Of a stretch of DNA of 64,000 nt, positions 1-10,867 are shown in pieces; within the stretch, counting starts at the first letter, position 1; each line of letters opens with the position of its first letter. The stretch comes from Utricularia gibba (taxonomy: Eukaryota; Plantae; Magnoliophyta). A program made the position numbers and the translations under genes. The stretch is taken from contig CM007990.1 of the NCBI GenBank assembly GCA_002189035.1, forward strand, positions 5,022,001 through 5,086,000. The letters run 5' to 3'. The notes under the pieces were generated by a model. It had not been told where the DNA came from, made no database searches, and was given only the letters and a program-made list of their open reading frames with translations.

Positions 1-1190
1 TAGATATTTAAATATATAATAATTTATACATTTAATATTTTTTTTTAATATGCCAAATGCTAGTCAAAGCACTGGAAAATAGTGCACTGCAAATGGCTAG
101 AAACTCCAGTCTGCCAAGAAAAAAAGTACAAATTTTGATTGAACAGCAACGGTTCTGTGACTGGCTTCTGGACTTTCAACTGTGCATTCTGTTAACTTCC
201 ATGTAAAAGCTTCTTTCTAGCTTACAATCCTTGAACCGGGATGCTGCTATAAAGTTGCAGACAGAAACAAAGCTGCGTAAACCGAAAGCTTGAACCTTTG
301 AGGAGTTTGAAGCTCTAAACTGAACTGAGTTATGATGGCTGTGAGTATCCAAGACTCGCCCTACTGTGAGTAGAGTATGCCTCTCTCAGATGGGTGTTAA
401 CTTCTGGTGAAATAGGATAAGATGTGTAGCAGACAGTACATATCCTCAAGGGTGGTGGTGGGGTGATTCCCACAAGTTGCTACCTGCAGCCAAAAATGCT
501 TTTCTTTAATCTTTATGAATGAGTGAATGTAGGAAGCCAAGGCAACAGACTTCTACAGTTACTGCAGACACTGAGTTGGAATTCAATGGACATTCATCCT
601 TCATCTTGCTGTCCACTGTTTGTAGGGTTCTGGTTGTTATTTTATGACCACTCTCGATGCTTTTCATTTGAAAATTATCCTACAGTCGGATCCAATCACT
701 TTACCGAAGTTGAATTGAGTTCCAATACCATGATTCCTGTATGCTCATCAGTTACTGTGTTTTGATTGCATCAGCTAGTTCTCTATTTCGTTCCAGTGTT
801 CTGTAACGTGAAATGCTGATGTTATAAACCATTTGAGTTATAATCACCCAGCTTCAAAAAAGAGAGCATAGATGATAATCGACACATCATGGCTTGCTCT
901 AGTCTAGTCTGCATGCACAGTGGCTCCGGTCTGAAGGTCTTCGGAGTTTGAGCCACTGAAGATAAGTGTGAGAGAAGCGGGAAGCAGGCGCACGATAAGA
1001 TGACACTCCTGCCTCAAAACCCCTCAACCTCAACCTCAACCGCTGCTTCATATCTTCTTTATTAATTCCATATGCTCTGATACTGTAAATCTTCATCTTT
1101 CTCTAGTGGTTTGTTCATGGATTTGATGCCAATTGGGACAACTTCTGGTTTTCTCCTGTTTTTTTCCCTGTGAACAGAATTCGAGCCCCC

Positions 1191-1852
1191 ATGCAGCAGC
1201 AGATGCTGAAGGTAAAAGCCAGGGGTCACTGGAAGGCTGAGGAGGATGGCAAGTTGAAGGAGCTCGTTTCTCTCCATGGTCCTCAGAATTGGAATGCCAT
1301 TGCGCAAACGTTACTAGGAAGATCAGGTACACAAACGAATCACCATTCTTGTTCGCCATTTGCGAATCTGGGAATCTTAACGTGGGGAAATAAAGGGAAA
1401 AGCTGTAGATTGCGGTGGTTCAATCAGCTGGATCCGAGGATCGACAGACGGGCCTTCACCCAAGAGGAGGAAGACAGACTGGTGGCGGCTCACAGAGCCT
1501 ACGGCAACAAATGGGCTACCATAGCGGCAAGGCTGTTCCCAGGACGAACAGACAACTCCCTGAAAAATCACTGGCATGTAATAACCGCCAGACGACTCAG
1601 ACAACAACATTCCCGGACTCGTAAACCAAGAAGCAAGATTACTCCTCAGAAAAGGCCATTTTTACCAAGTCAGTCACATTGTTTTTCATCCCAAGCCAGC
1701 GGTTGCAAAACTGTATCCCTTTTAACCAAGCTCCGTGCGGCATTACATACACTCTACTAGTTGCAGGCCCGGAGGAAAAACCAGAGATGCATGAGCAGGA
1801 GAGTACGGCGCCGCCATTTATAGATTTCCTGGGTGTGGGAACTGGATCCTAG
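1191..1852 (+). CDS. R2R3-MYB transcription factor, subgroup 21 (MYB105/MYB117 LOF-like)
   Basis: R2 [25 protein letters not shown], then 69-nt intron 1327-1395 (TCAG|GT..AAAG|GG), then [13 protein letters not shown] and R3 [25 protein letters not shown]. The subgroup-21 signature [10 protein letters not shown] (1811-1840, stop 1850-1852) lies in another frame and needs either a 65-nt intron (1702-1766) or a -1 frameshift. An acceptor at 1177 suggests an unresolved upstream exon. Confidence 0.85.
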
Positions 1853-3010
1853 ATAACGAAAGCCCCTGCATTTTAGTCTCAAGCTTCTTCACATGAAGAA
1901 GACGCTACTACGAAAGGGCTTGCGAGAGATGACAGGGGCGGCAGCAGAATTTAAATCTCTTGCTTATTTCTAGTTTTAAAATCTTAAATAAAAGAATAGA
2001 GGAGATGATTTTATTTCAAAAAAATGATGTAATTTTACATTTTTGACTTATTTTGGGTTTAAAATTAGAAATTAAGTAACCGTACTATTCTTGTTTAAAT
2101 ATTAATTTATGTAGCCAACCTACCTCTGATTTTTATTGAACCCTAGGCTAGTCTCTAGTGATCCAACAATTTATTAGAAAGTGGTAATCTTTGATTAAAT
2201 GTGTGATGAAATTGAAAATTGAAAAAATTTATTGTGGGTGTCTGGAAAATAGAAAGTAGTCAGATTTCTGAATGATTCGCCACTTAACAAGTGTATGATT
2301 ATAATGATGGGTTGAATCAATAATTGTATTAGAAAAGTGGGTTATTCTTAATTAAGTTTGTGAGAAAAATGACCAATCTTAATGAAAAAATTGTGTGATA
2401 AAGAGAGTGGCCAAATTTCTAAATGGGTTTAGGGTAATGATTCAACAAAAATACAATTTATGATAATTACGAATAGAATTCCAAAATTAAATTATTATTT
2501 CACATACTCTATATCAGACAACTCTATATTAAATATCTCTTTAATTACATGCAACTTCACTCAACCCCACTCCGAGACAACGTGTTTGTTCATCAGCCAC
2601 CTACATTTTGCACACGTGCGAGAACACGTTGACGTGTCAGCTTAGCCTTGGGCCCACATGATTCAACGTTACGTTCATTGAGACTTTAATATTGTTTTTT
2701 TCATTTATTCCAAAAAGGAAAAAAAATTGGTGAACGAAATTGCTCGACGGATTGATTCCACAACCCTACCAAGGGTCCAAGATCCTACATACATAATGTA
2801 ATTTAATAAATGCTGGTTGAAGAAGAAGAGATTCATGACCAGTTCCTGCTTTGTAAATGACCCAAGAAATCAAGATTTTTCTTGAGGTTTCAGATGAATC
2901 AAAGCATGGTAATGATGCAGATGGAAGGGAGTTTTGGGTTCATTCACAATAAGCGAGCAACAGGTAAAAGAAAAACAGCAGGATCCTGAATTTGAATGAA
3001 ATATGTACTG

Positions 3011-3670
3011 CTACTGTACTGCTTGATTCTGGGATTCAGAGTCATTGAGGGTGTGATCACTTCCTTCTTCGTTTTCCTCACCGTTCCTCCGATCGCCACT
3101 GACCACTAGGCTTATCCACACGCCTCTTCTTCTCGGCCCACCGCTCTCCCCACTTCTCTTCTTCTCGCCCTCTTCCTCCTCTATAGGCATTTCATATCTA
3201 CAAACGGGGCAGGAGCCATGAATCGTCAACCACTTGTGTATGCACTTGGAGTGGAACCTATGGCTACAGGGCATCTCCTTAGCGGTTTCACCGACTTCCC
3301 AATCCTCCAGACAAATAGCGCACTGATCATCAAAGGGTTCGCCTTCCGAGACCTCGATACTTTTCATAGCATCGATAGACGCCTTGGATGCCGGAGGGCG
3401 ACCGCGTTTCTCCGAAAATAATTCGTCAAATAAGGAATTCGAGTCGGTGCCGGCGCGCTCGAACACCGCCATGCTCTGGGTAAAGGGATTGATGAGGATG
3501 AACCGGGCGGGCATCTGCGGACCATCTTCTTCTGGATCTGGTTCCTGTGATGGCACCGCGAACCTTAGCCCTGCGAGAAAGGGGAACGGTAGGGGACCGC
3601 TTCTGAACTCCGAACTCAGAAGCCTTTCCAGGAAGGATTGTAGATCCTGGGGAGAACCTTCAGAAGCCAT
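3011..3670 (-). CDS. RING-H2 E3 ubiquitin ligase, MPSR1-like
   Basis: Intronless ORF from ATG 3670 (MASEG). Contains RFILINPFTQSM, PPASKASIDAM and the RING-H2 CAICLEDW..MPCSHRFHSKCIHKWLTIHGSCPVCRYEMP. Confidence 0.9.
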   Translation of the reverse strand: MASEGSPQDLQSFLERLLSSEFRSGPLPFPFLAGLRFAVPSQEPDPEEDGPQMPARFILINPFTQSMAVFERAGTDSNSLFDELFSEKRGRPPASKASIDAMKSIEVSEGEPFDDQCAICLEDWEVGETAKEMPCSHRFHSKCIHKWLTIHGSCPVCRYEMPIEEEEGEKKRSGESGGPRRRGVWISLVVSGDRRNGEENEEGSDHTLNDSESQNQAVQ

Positions 3671-3961
3671 TCCTGAAGATGGAGATCGAAGACTTGGAGG
3701 ATTATCAAACAAAAAAATGAATGAATGATTTGGAGAAGAAAGTTGTATACGCTTTGTGTGTCTTAAGAAGTACTCTGTAGAAAGATCTAGAATCTGTGGA
3801 GAGGTCTGGTGCTTATCTTCCATGTGGTAGATATTTTCAGAGGAGATTCCGCACGGAGGTACTCACGATAGTTGTGGTGTACCCCATTATTATTCTTATT
3901 TCCTCTGATATTTATTTTACGAAATCTGCTTTCTGAAGTCTCCGCGCACAACTTCTGTTCG

Positions 3962-4691
3962 ATGAATTGCCTGACTGAAATCGCGACGATTTCGGCTTCT
4001 GCGGCGAGGCACATTCATCCTTGCGAAATCTTCAGAAATGGCTATGGTATTCGAATCAAGATTTTTCCTACTCCGCGATCCGCGCGAACAAGTAAGAACA
4101 ACTAATTTCCCCCTTATTTGATGTCAATCATTCATGACAGAGAACTGATTCCCACAGTTTCGATGACGAAACGTTTGGTGATTGAAGCAAAAGCGGATAG
4201 AGGAATAGAGAGTCCGAAAATTCGGAACAGGAGAATGCGGAAAAAGGTAGACAAAACTGAGAATCTCTTTATCCATCAGCTTTAAAAGCAATGTTTGATT
4301 GTGAAGTATGTGGCAGTTCAATGGTACAGCCGCGAAACCGAGGCTTTCAGTCTTCTGTTCAGATAAACAGCTGTATGCCATGCTAGTGGATGATCAGAAC
4401 AAGAAGTGTTTGTTCTATGGGAACACCTTGCAGAAATCCTTTCGGAACGACTCCTCTTGCACTACTGCGGTTAGTAGTACTTGCCAATGCATTATGCTCG
4501 AAATACTCTTGTGAAGGATACGTGTTTCGTCTCAGGAGGCAGCTGAACGTGTTGGGGAAGAGCTGATTAGGGCTTGCGTTGAGCTCAACATTACCGAGAT
4601 TTCGTCGTATGATCGCAACGGTTTGGCCCGAGGGGAACGTCTGCAAGCCTTCGAGATACCCATTGCGCGCCATGGATTCTTGCCCAAGTAG
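3962..4691 (+). CDS. Organellar ribosomal protein L18-like (uL18-L type) with transit peptide
   Basis: Four exons, 3962-4091, 4158-4246, 4317-4469 and 4536-4691, with GT-AG junctions in consistent phase. Gives KRLVIEAKA..RNRRMRKK|FNGTAAKPRLSVFCSDKQLYAMLVDD..|EAAERVGEELIRAC..SYDRNGLARGERLQAFEIPIARHGFLPK*. Exon 1 is the least certain. Confidence 0.85.
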
Positions 4692-4860
4692 ATACATGAT
4701 GGTGCAGCAAATAGTTTTCTTCAGGTAGTCTAATCCTTTTAGCGCTGGTGGACGTGATAGCTGATGACTTTGCCCTGATATTCCAAGTGATTTTTTCCTT
4801 GTTTTCCAATTCAATCTCTTGTTTGTGGTCTAAAAGGTACATCTCTGATATCAAAAGCAT

Positions 4861-6284
4861 TCATTTTCCTTTCTCCAGTACAGAAGAGAAGTCCTCAAGC
4901 CACAAATTGTTAACAGTAGAAGTCCTGAGCATAAGGGGATTGTTCCAGTTATTGGCCTCACTACCAGCAACCCAACTCATCATCAGCTTGTTAACGTACA
5001 AGCCATCAATGTATTCCATCATGAATCCTCCGGTCGACCGGTTAACCAGCCCCTGGCATCCAGGCCGGTAGTCCACAACCTCCCCACCGGAGAAGTTCGT
5101 CCATCTTTTGAACACCAAGTTCACATTGAGGAACTTTATATCTCTCAAGAGCTGGCCCCTGAAACCAGACAAGAACACCCCATTTTCCGACGTTCCGGTG
5201 ATGTTGATGAACTTGATATCGGTGATTGAACCGGCTGTGGCCTTCTCGTCTCTCGGACAGCTTGTGATATAAATCGGCTCAGCTCTTCCCCACCATGATT
5301 CGTCGTAGTACCTGGTGCTGATGTTGATGTTTGAGAAGGTAACATCGGAAACATTCCCTCCATCTCTTATCTGCAACCCAAGGCCTCTGTGTGATTCCAC
5401 AATGGTGATACTATCAAACAACAATCCTCTGAAAGGAAAAGAGCTTGCGCTCCCAAGTTTGATAGCCGAAGATTTCGAGCGTATCCAGCAGTCCACAGCC
5501 GTGACATTGTGCACCGGGGCGGTGTTAGTCTTGAGGCAAATCCCATCGTCTCCGGTGTCGATTCGACACCGAGAAATGATGGTGTTGCTCGAGTCCTCGA
5601 GATCGATGCCATCGTTGTTAGGCGTGTTGAAGTCGCCGGAGATGGAGATGCCATGAATCCACGTGTTCTCTGAACGCACGATGTGTAAACACCAGTAAGC
5701 AGGCTGATTGAAGCTCACGTTCCAGATCCTTACACCTCTGCAGCCAATGAAACCAACGAGTCGCGGCCTGCACTCGTCGCCCAAACAGGGGCCGGTTTCG
5801 TTCCAACTCACCATCACATTCTTCCGATTATCAAACCTCTTCACGAATTTCAACCCCTGGCCGTTAATCTCCCCTCCGCCGGTAATCCCTACCTCCGCCG
5901 CATCCTCCGCCAGCACCACATACCATTTCTCCCGTTCCTCCGGTAGTCCTCCAGATGCGTTCCTCCGAGAATCCTCGCGTCACTGGATATGTTCAGTACG
6001 ACGCCGGATCGCAGGTACACTGTCCGTGTGAGATAGTCCCCGGCGGGGAAAGTGACGTAGCATTGAGTGTTGAAAATCGCGAAGGCGGCGGCGCAATCAT
6101 TGATAGCTGATTGTATCGCGGCGGTGTCGTACTTCCGTCCATCTCCGACGGCGCCGTAGTCGTCAACGGAGAGAGAGATGGGACTGGCTGATCTGATAAC
6201 GGGCAACCGCGAGGCGAGTGAAGGCAACGGAAAATTAACGACAAGTAGAAGCAGAAAAACCGATGGGACGGAAATTGTTTCCAT
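4861..6284 (-). CDS. Secreted GH28 polygalacturonase-like (pectin lyase fold) protein, with one frameshift
   Basis: Signal peptide and SVDDYGAVGDGRKYDTAAIQSAI in ORF 5889-6284. Catalytic region TPNNDGIDLEDS, DTGDDGIC, IKLGS, HRGLG in ORF 4861-5919. Adding one base at about 5942 joins the two frames (EDY[P]EEREKWYVVLAED). No introns are needed. Confidence 0.88.
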
Positions 6285-7159
6285 CGTTTCTCTGCTCTTT
6301 CAGAACGGAGACGGACGGCGACGTTTTACCCCATCCATGTTTTCGAATCCTATCCGAAAAAAGCTCTAAAATTTGAATTTTTATCATATAATATTCTATT
6401 TGCATATTTAAATACTCTCATCTTATAAACAACATAATCGAGCACAGTTTCACATTGAAAATAAATATTTAAAATCATGACATTTAATTATGAAATATAA
6501 TATATTATTATACAAGTATCATTGCAATTGTTTCAATCGAATCCATTTGAGATTCGTAAAATTTATATATCAAATATATTTCTAATTTTAATAACATAAG
6601 ACGTATTTATTAAAATATAAATAGTAGAAATGTACATTTAAATTTAAATTTAATATTAAAGTTTTCTTAAAAATCATATTTAAGATCATAAGTCTTAATT
6701 AGAAAATTAGGGATTTGAAAGTGGGATTTGTGGACGCCATTCTTTGGATATCTTCCCAATGATGTAGGTTGAGATCTAGATTCAATAGGAGTGATCACTG
6801 TACATGTTTTCCTTCGACTGAGGTGGGCCGTGGGGAGGAGGGAATCTGGTGATTCAAGAATGGTGGGGGAAGGGAAAATGGACAACTGAGGGGATCAAAG
6901 CGAATAGGGTTTGGTTCTTTCTGGTTATCTTGGTACGTCTTTCATTCTTTCCGGCATACAGCAAATAGGGGAGATAGATTCTTGGTTTTGAGGCATAAAG
7001 AGAAGAGAGAGGGCTTAATGAATGATCCCCTCATCCAAGGGCCCTCTCCATTTTCGGATTCCTGTTTAACACGTTATAGAGAAGAGGTATAGGAGTAGGA
7101 TTGACGTCGCCGTTGAAATATTGAAATTTATCCTATGCTTCCTGGAATTTGCGTCTTTG

Positions 7160-9639
7160 ATGCGCCGATCAAATGCCCACATAGCAAGGTCTAATCTGGA
7201 CGAAAAGGGGGAGGGCATGGATCCGCTGAAGTTCCAATTTCGCTCCTCTCGACCCGGTTTTCGATCACCCACTGGGAAGTACTCAAGACCCAGATCGAGA
7301 ATTTGTTTGTATTTGTTGATCGTCACTCCATTTTTGTTGCTGTTCTGCATTTTATTCTTCTTCCGGGCAGCGTTCAAGAGAGGAGCAAATATGGCGTGGT
7401 TATTGATGGGGGAGCACCGGGACTAGAATACACGTTTTCAAGTACGAGGTTCGTGATGGGAACTTGGTTCTTGATTTTTCCGACACGGGTTCGGCGTCGA
7501 TGAGGGTGAATCCCGGTTTTTCGGCTTATGCAGACAATCCGGAGAGGGCTAGCGCCGATGTTGCTCAGTTGCTGGAGTTTGCTGCGAGACATGTGCCTAG
7601 AAAACAGTGGGCGGAGACTCAGATGCACTTGATGGCAACTGCAGGCATGAGACTATTGAAGAGTGATGATCAAGAGAGGATTTTGAATGTGTGTCGCAGT
7701 GTTTTGATCAATTCTGGATTTGCATTTCAGAATGATTGGGCCACTGTCATTTCGGGTACTTTTAACTACCATATCATGCTTTTTATCAAAGATTTCTTTT
7801 CTGCTTGACTTAAGTGGCTTTTTGAGTCGTTCTCTATCAAGTACTGTAGTTACCGAATGAAGGAGTCCTTGATCAAAGTTCTAGTTTATTTGCACATCCT
7901 TATCTTTTTGGTGACTCTTGCGTGACTTAATTGTGGCTTTGAACATGTCTACTTATCCATAAAGCCAGCTTTCATGGCTGAACCTTGTTTTAAGTGTAGT
8001 AATTGATCCTGTTTTCGTTTATTCTGTCAATGTAGGATCTGATGAGGGTTTGTATGGCTGGGTTGCGGCTAACTACGCACTTGGAACACTTGGAACTGAT
8101 CCAATGAAAACGACTGGGATTATTGAGCTTGGTGGCGCGTCAGCGCAGGTTAAAAATGCTGTTTTATATGCAGTCCTACTATTTGACTGTATGTACCCAT
8201 TGAAAATCTGTTGTTAGTGCAGGTTACATTTGTCCCAAATGAATTTGTTCCCCCAGAGTTCTCGAGGGAAGTTAAATTTAGGAATTTTTCGTATAATTTA
8301 TACAGTCACAGCCTTCTCCACTTTGGCCAGGTATCGTTTTTCCGAAACTCTTCTTTGTAGTAAAACTGTAAGTCATGTTGTTTTAGAGCATTGTCTATGG
8401 TTGCGCTATTTCAGAATGTTGCCTTTGAGTCTTTGCAAGAATCTCTTGTTTCTTCAGCTCAAGAATTAGGTACGTAATTTAAGGTGAAGTGTTGATTGTC
8501 AAAGTAATTAATGGCTTCCGCTTTCCTGAATGATGAAATGAAATCTTGCCTCCGAGCTTTTTCTCTTGAGGTAGTTTCTGTAAGCAATATTTTTCTCAGT
8601 GATGCCCTACAAGGTTTTGAGCTCAATGTGTTTCAAAATATGCTATTGAGTTCGCTATCATGGTGCAGCTGGGGAATCTATTGTGAGAGTAAAAGTGACC
8701 GATCCCTGCACTCCTCGGGGATATGAACCTGAAAATGGACCAAGCATGCCATCTACAGATTTTTCATTCATGAAAGATCAGTACCACTCTAGACTGCAAC
8801 CAAGTGGTAATTTTTCGGAGTGCAGACTAGCATCACTGAAGTTGCTGCAGAAAGGCAAAGGTTCTATCTTTGATTTCTCACATTGTTTTCTTTTAACACC
8901 CCTGACCTGTGCTTTTACTGCACTCTGTGAAATGCAGATAAGTGCTCATATACGACTTGCCATATTGGGTCGATATTCGTACCGAAGCTCCATGGAACAT
9001 TTTTGGCTACAGAAAATTTTTTTCACACGTCTAAGGTATAGTTTTATTTCTGGCTTTCTACTGAATAAAACATTTCATGCAGGGAGTCCTTCTGAATTTG
9101 GATGAAATAGTTCTTTGGTCTAGGTGAAAAGGCCCTTCTTTCTGATCTAGTCGATGCTGGGCAGCAGTTTTGTGGTTCAGAATGGTCGATACTAACACAC
9201 AGATACAGTTCATTCGACCACGAAGAACTTCTTCACTACTGCTTCTCTTCTGCATATATAGTCGCCCTCCTTCATGATAGTCTTGGAATTGCTGTGGATG
9301 ATCAGAGGTACTTGATCATTTTTAGTAGACATGAATCTACCTGGTTGTGCAGCAACATCTTAATCATCTTTAAACAGGATTCGATACGTAAACCAGGTGA
9401 ACGGCATCCCATTGGATTGGGCAGTGGGAGCCTTCATCCTTCGTGGTTCCGATCTGCTCCCTGAGGTCGAAGATGTCTCACCAAGCCAGGAACCTTCTTC
9501 CCCGCTGCTGCTGGTTTCCGGCATGGTCGTCATCTTTGCGCTGGCACTGTGGCTTATGTTGAAATGGAAGAACCCCCAGGTGAAAACAATCTATGATCTA
9601 GAGAAAGGCAAGTACATAATCACACATGTGAGCAGATGA
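7160..9639 (+). CDS. APY6: Apyrase / NTPDase (GDA1-CD39 family), APY6-like, two-TM type, with two frameshifts in exon 1
   Basis: N-terminus MRRSNAH..MDPLKFQFR and a TM helix. ACR motifs: VVIDGG[S]TGTRIHVF, MATAGMRLL, SDEGLYGWVAANY, GIIELGGASAQ, LDWAVGA. C-terminal TM ending LEKGKYI. Exons approx 7160-7755, 8036-8148, 8223-8330, 8415-8470, 8669-8840, 8938-9034, 9111-9308, 9379-9639. Confidence 0.88.
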
Positions 9640-10867
9640 CATCGATGATGTGTTGGAATCAATTTTTTCATGCCCCCCCTTGAACATGTACTTTACCGAA
9701 ACGAGTTGATGAATCTAATGTAGTTCTCAGGAGGGAGCTATGGTGTGGTTCTTGTGTGGCTGAGAAAGAGAACGCAGCATTTCGCAAAGATTCATCTCGT
9801 TTTCCGGGGTGTTTTCCGCTGCAGTTATGTGTAGCTATTTATGTCGCGCCGACAGTAGGATCGTGTGTCGGCATACCGCAGCTACTGTCTTTTCACACAA
9901 AAATGCTGAGCGAGAAAACGCAAGGAAAGCTAAGTGCGACAGAGAATGGAGTACAAGTACATACGAAATTGTTGAGAGGTAGAAGACGATGCAGGGCCGT
10001 TGGATCGGGAACGGAGCATTGTATCCGACGGCTGACGCAACACCGGCACGATTTATTCATTCATTTGTTTGATGAGATGTCTAGATGCTCAAGAGGCAGA
10101 TAAATACAAAATGGGATTAGATAGGGAAGTAGGATGCGGGATCCGATATAAGTCAACGAAACCAAGGGGTACCCAAGACTAAACTAAAAAAACGCGTGAA
10201 TTCTTCATAAAGATCCTTCCTTTATAAGGCGGAGCTTGTGGGATTTCTTGGCTGGGATTCAACGCTGCCGATTGCATTCGCTTCGTGGTTTCTGGTATGT
10301 GTTCTTTATTTCTGCCTTCGGCAAGGGGTGAGGTTTTCCTTTTGCTACCTCAATCTGTTCCATGTTTTTCTGATAAAACGGTGGGGTCTCTTGGGAATTG
10401 CATGCTCAGTCTTGAATTGCAGACAATTTGTGATATTGCTGCGAATGGCAGCGGATCGGCGGGTTCGTTCCCCTTTTGTTGTGGTGATTTCAGTTTGTTG
10501 TGGGTCGGAGTATGCTTTGTTTGATAGATAATTTTGGGGTTCTGTGTTTGTGAACTTGCTTTTGAGGGTACGCTGAGATGGGTTTCTCTTGTTTCGATTG
10601 AAGGCTTCTCCTTTGTTTGGTTTAAGCGATTGCAATTGTCTAAAGATCGTCGATTTTTCAAGGGATCAGGAATGTGGATTTGTAAAAATTTTGTTCTGAG
10701 GTTGAAAGCTGCTATTTTTTCTCAGTAGTCTTAATTTGATCGTTCTTTTTATGCTGAGATATCCGTTCGCTGGATGCCTAGGTAGGGATTATCGTGGAAT
10801 TCTCTCTGGTTTTTTATTGTGAAAGAGATCGTGTGAATAATTTTGAGTTTACGAGCACTTGGTGAAT

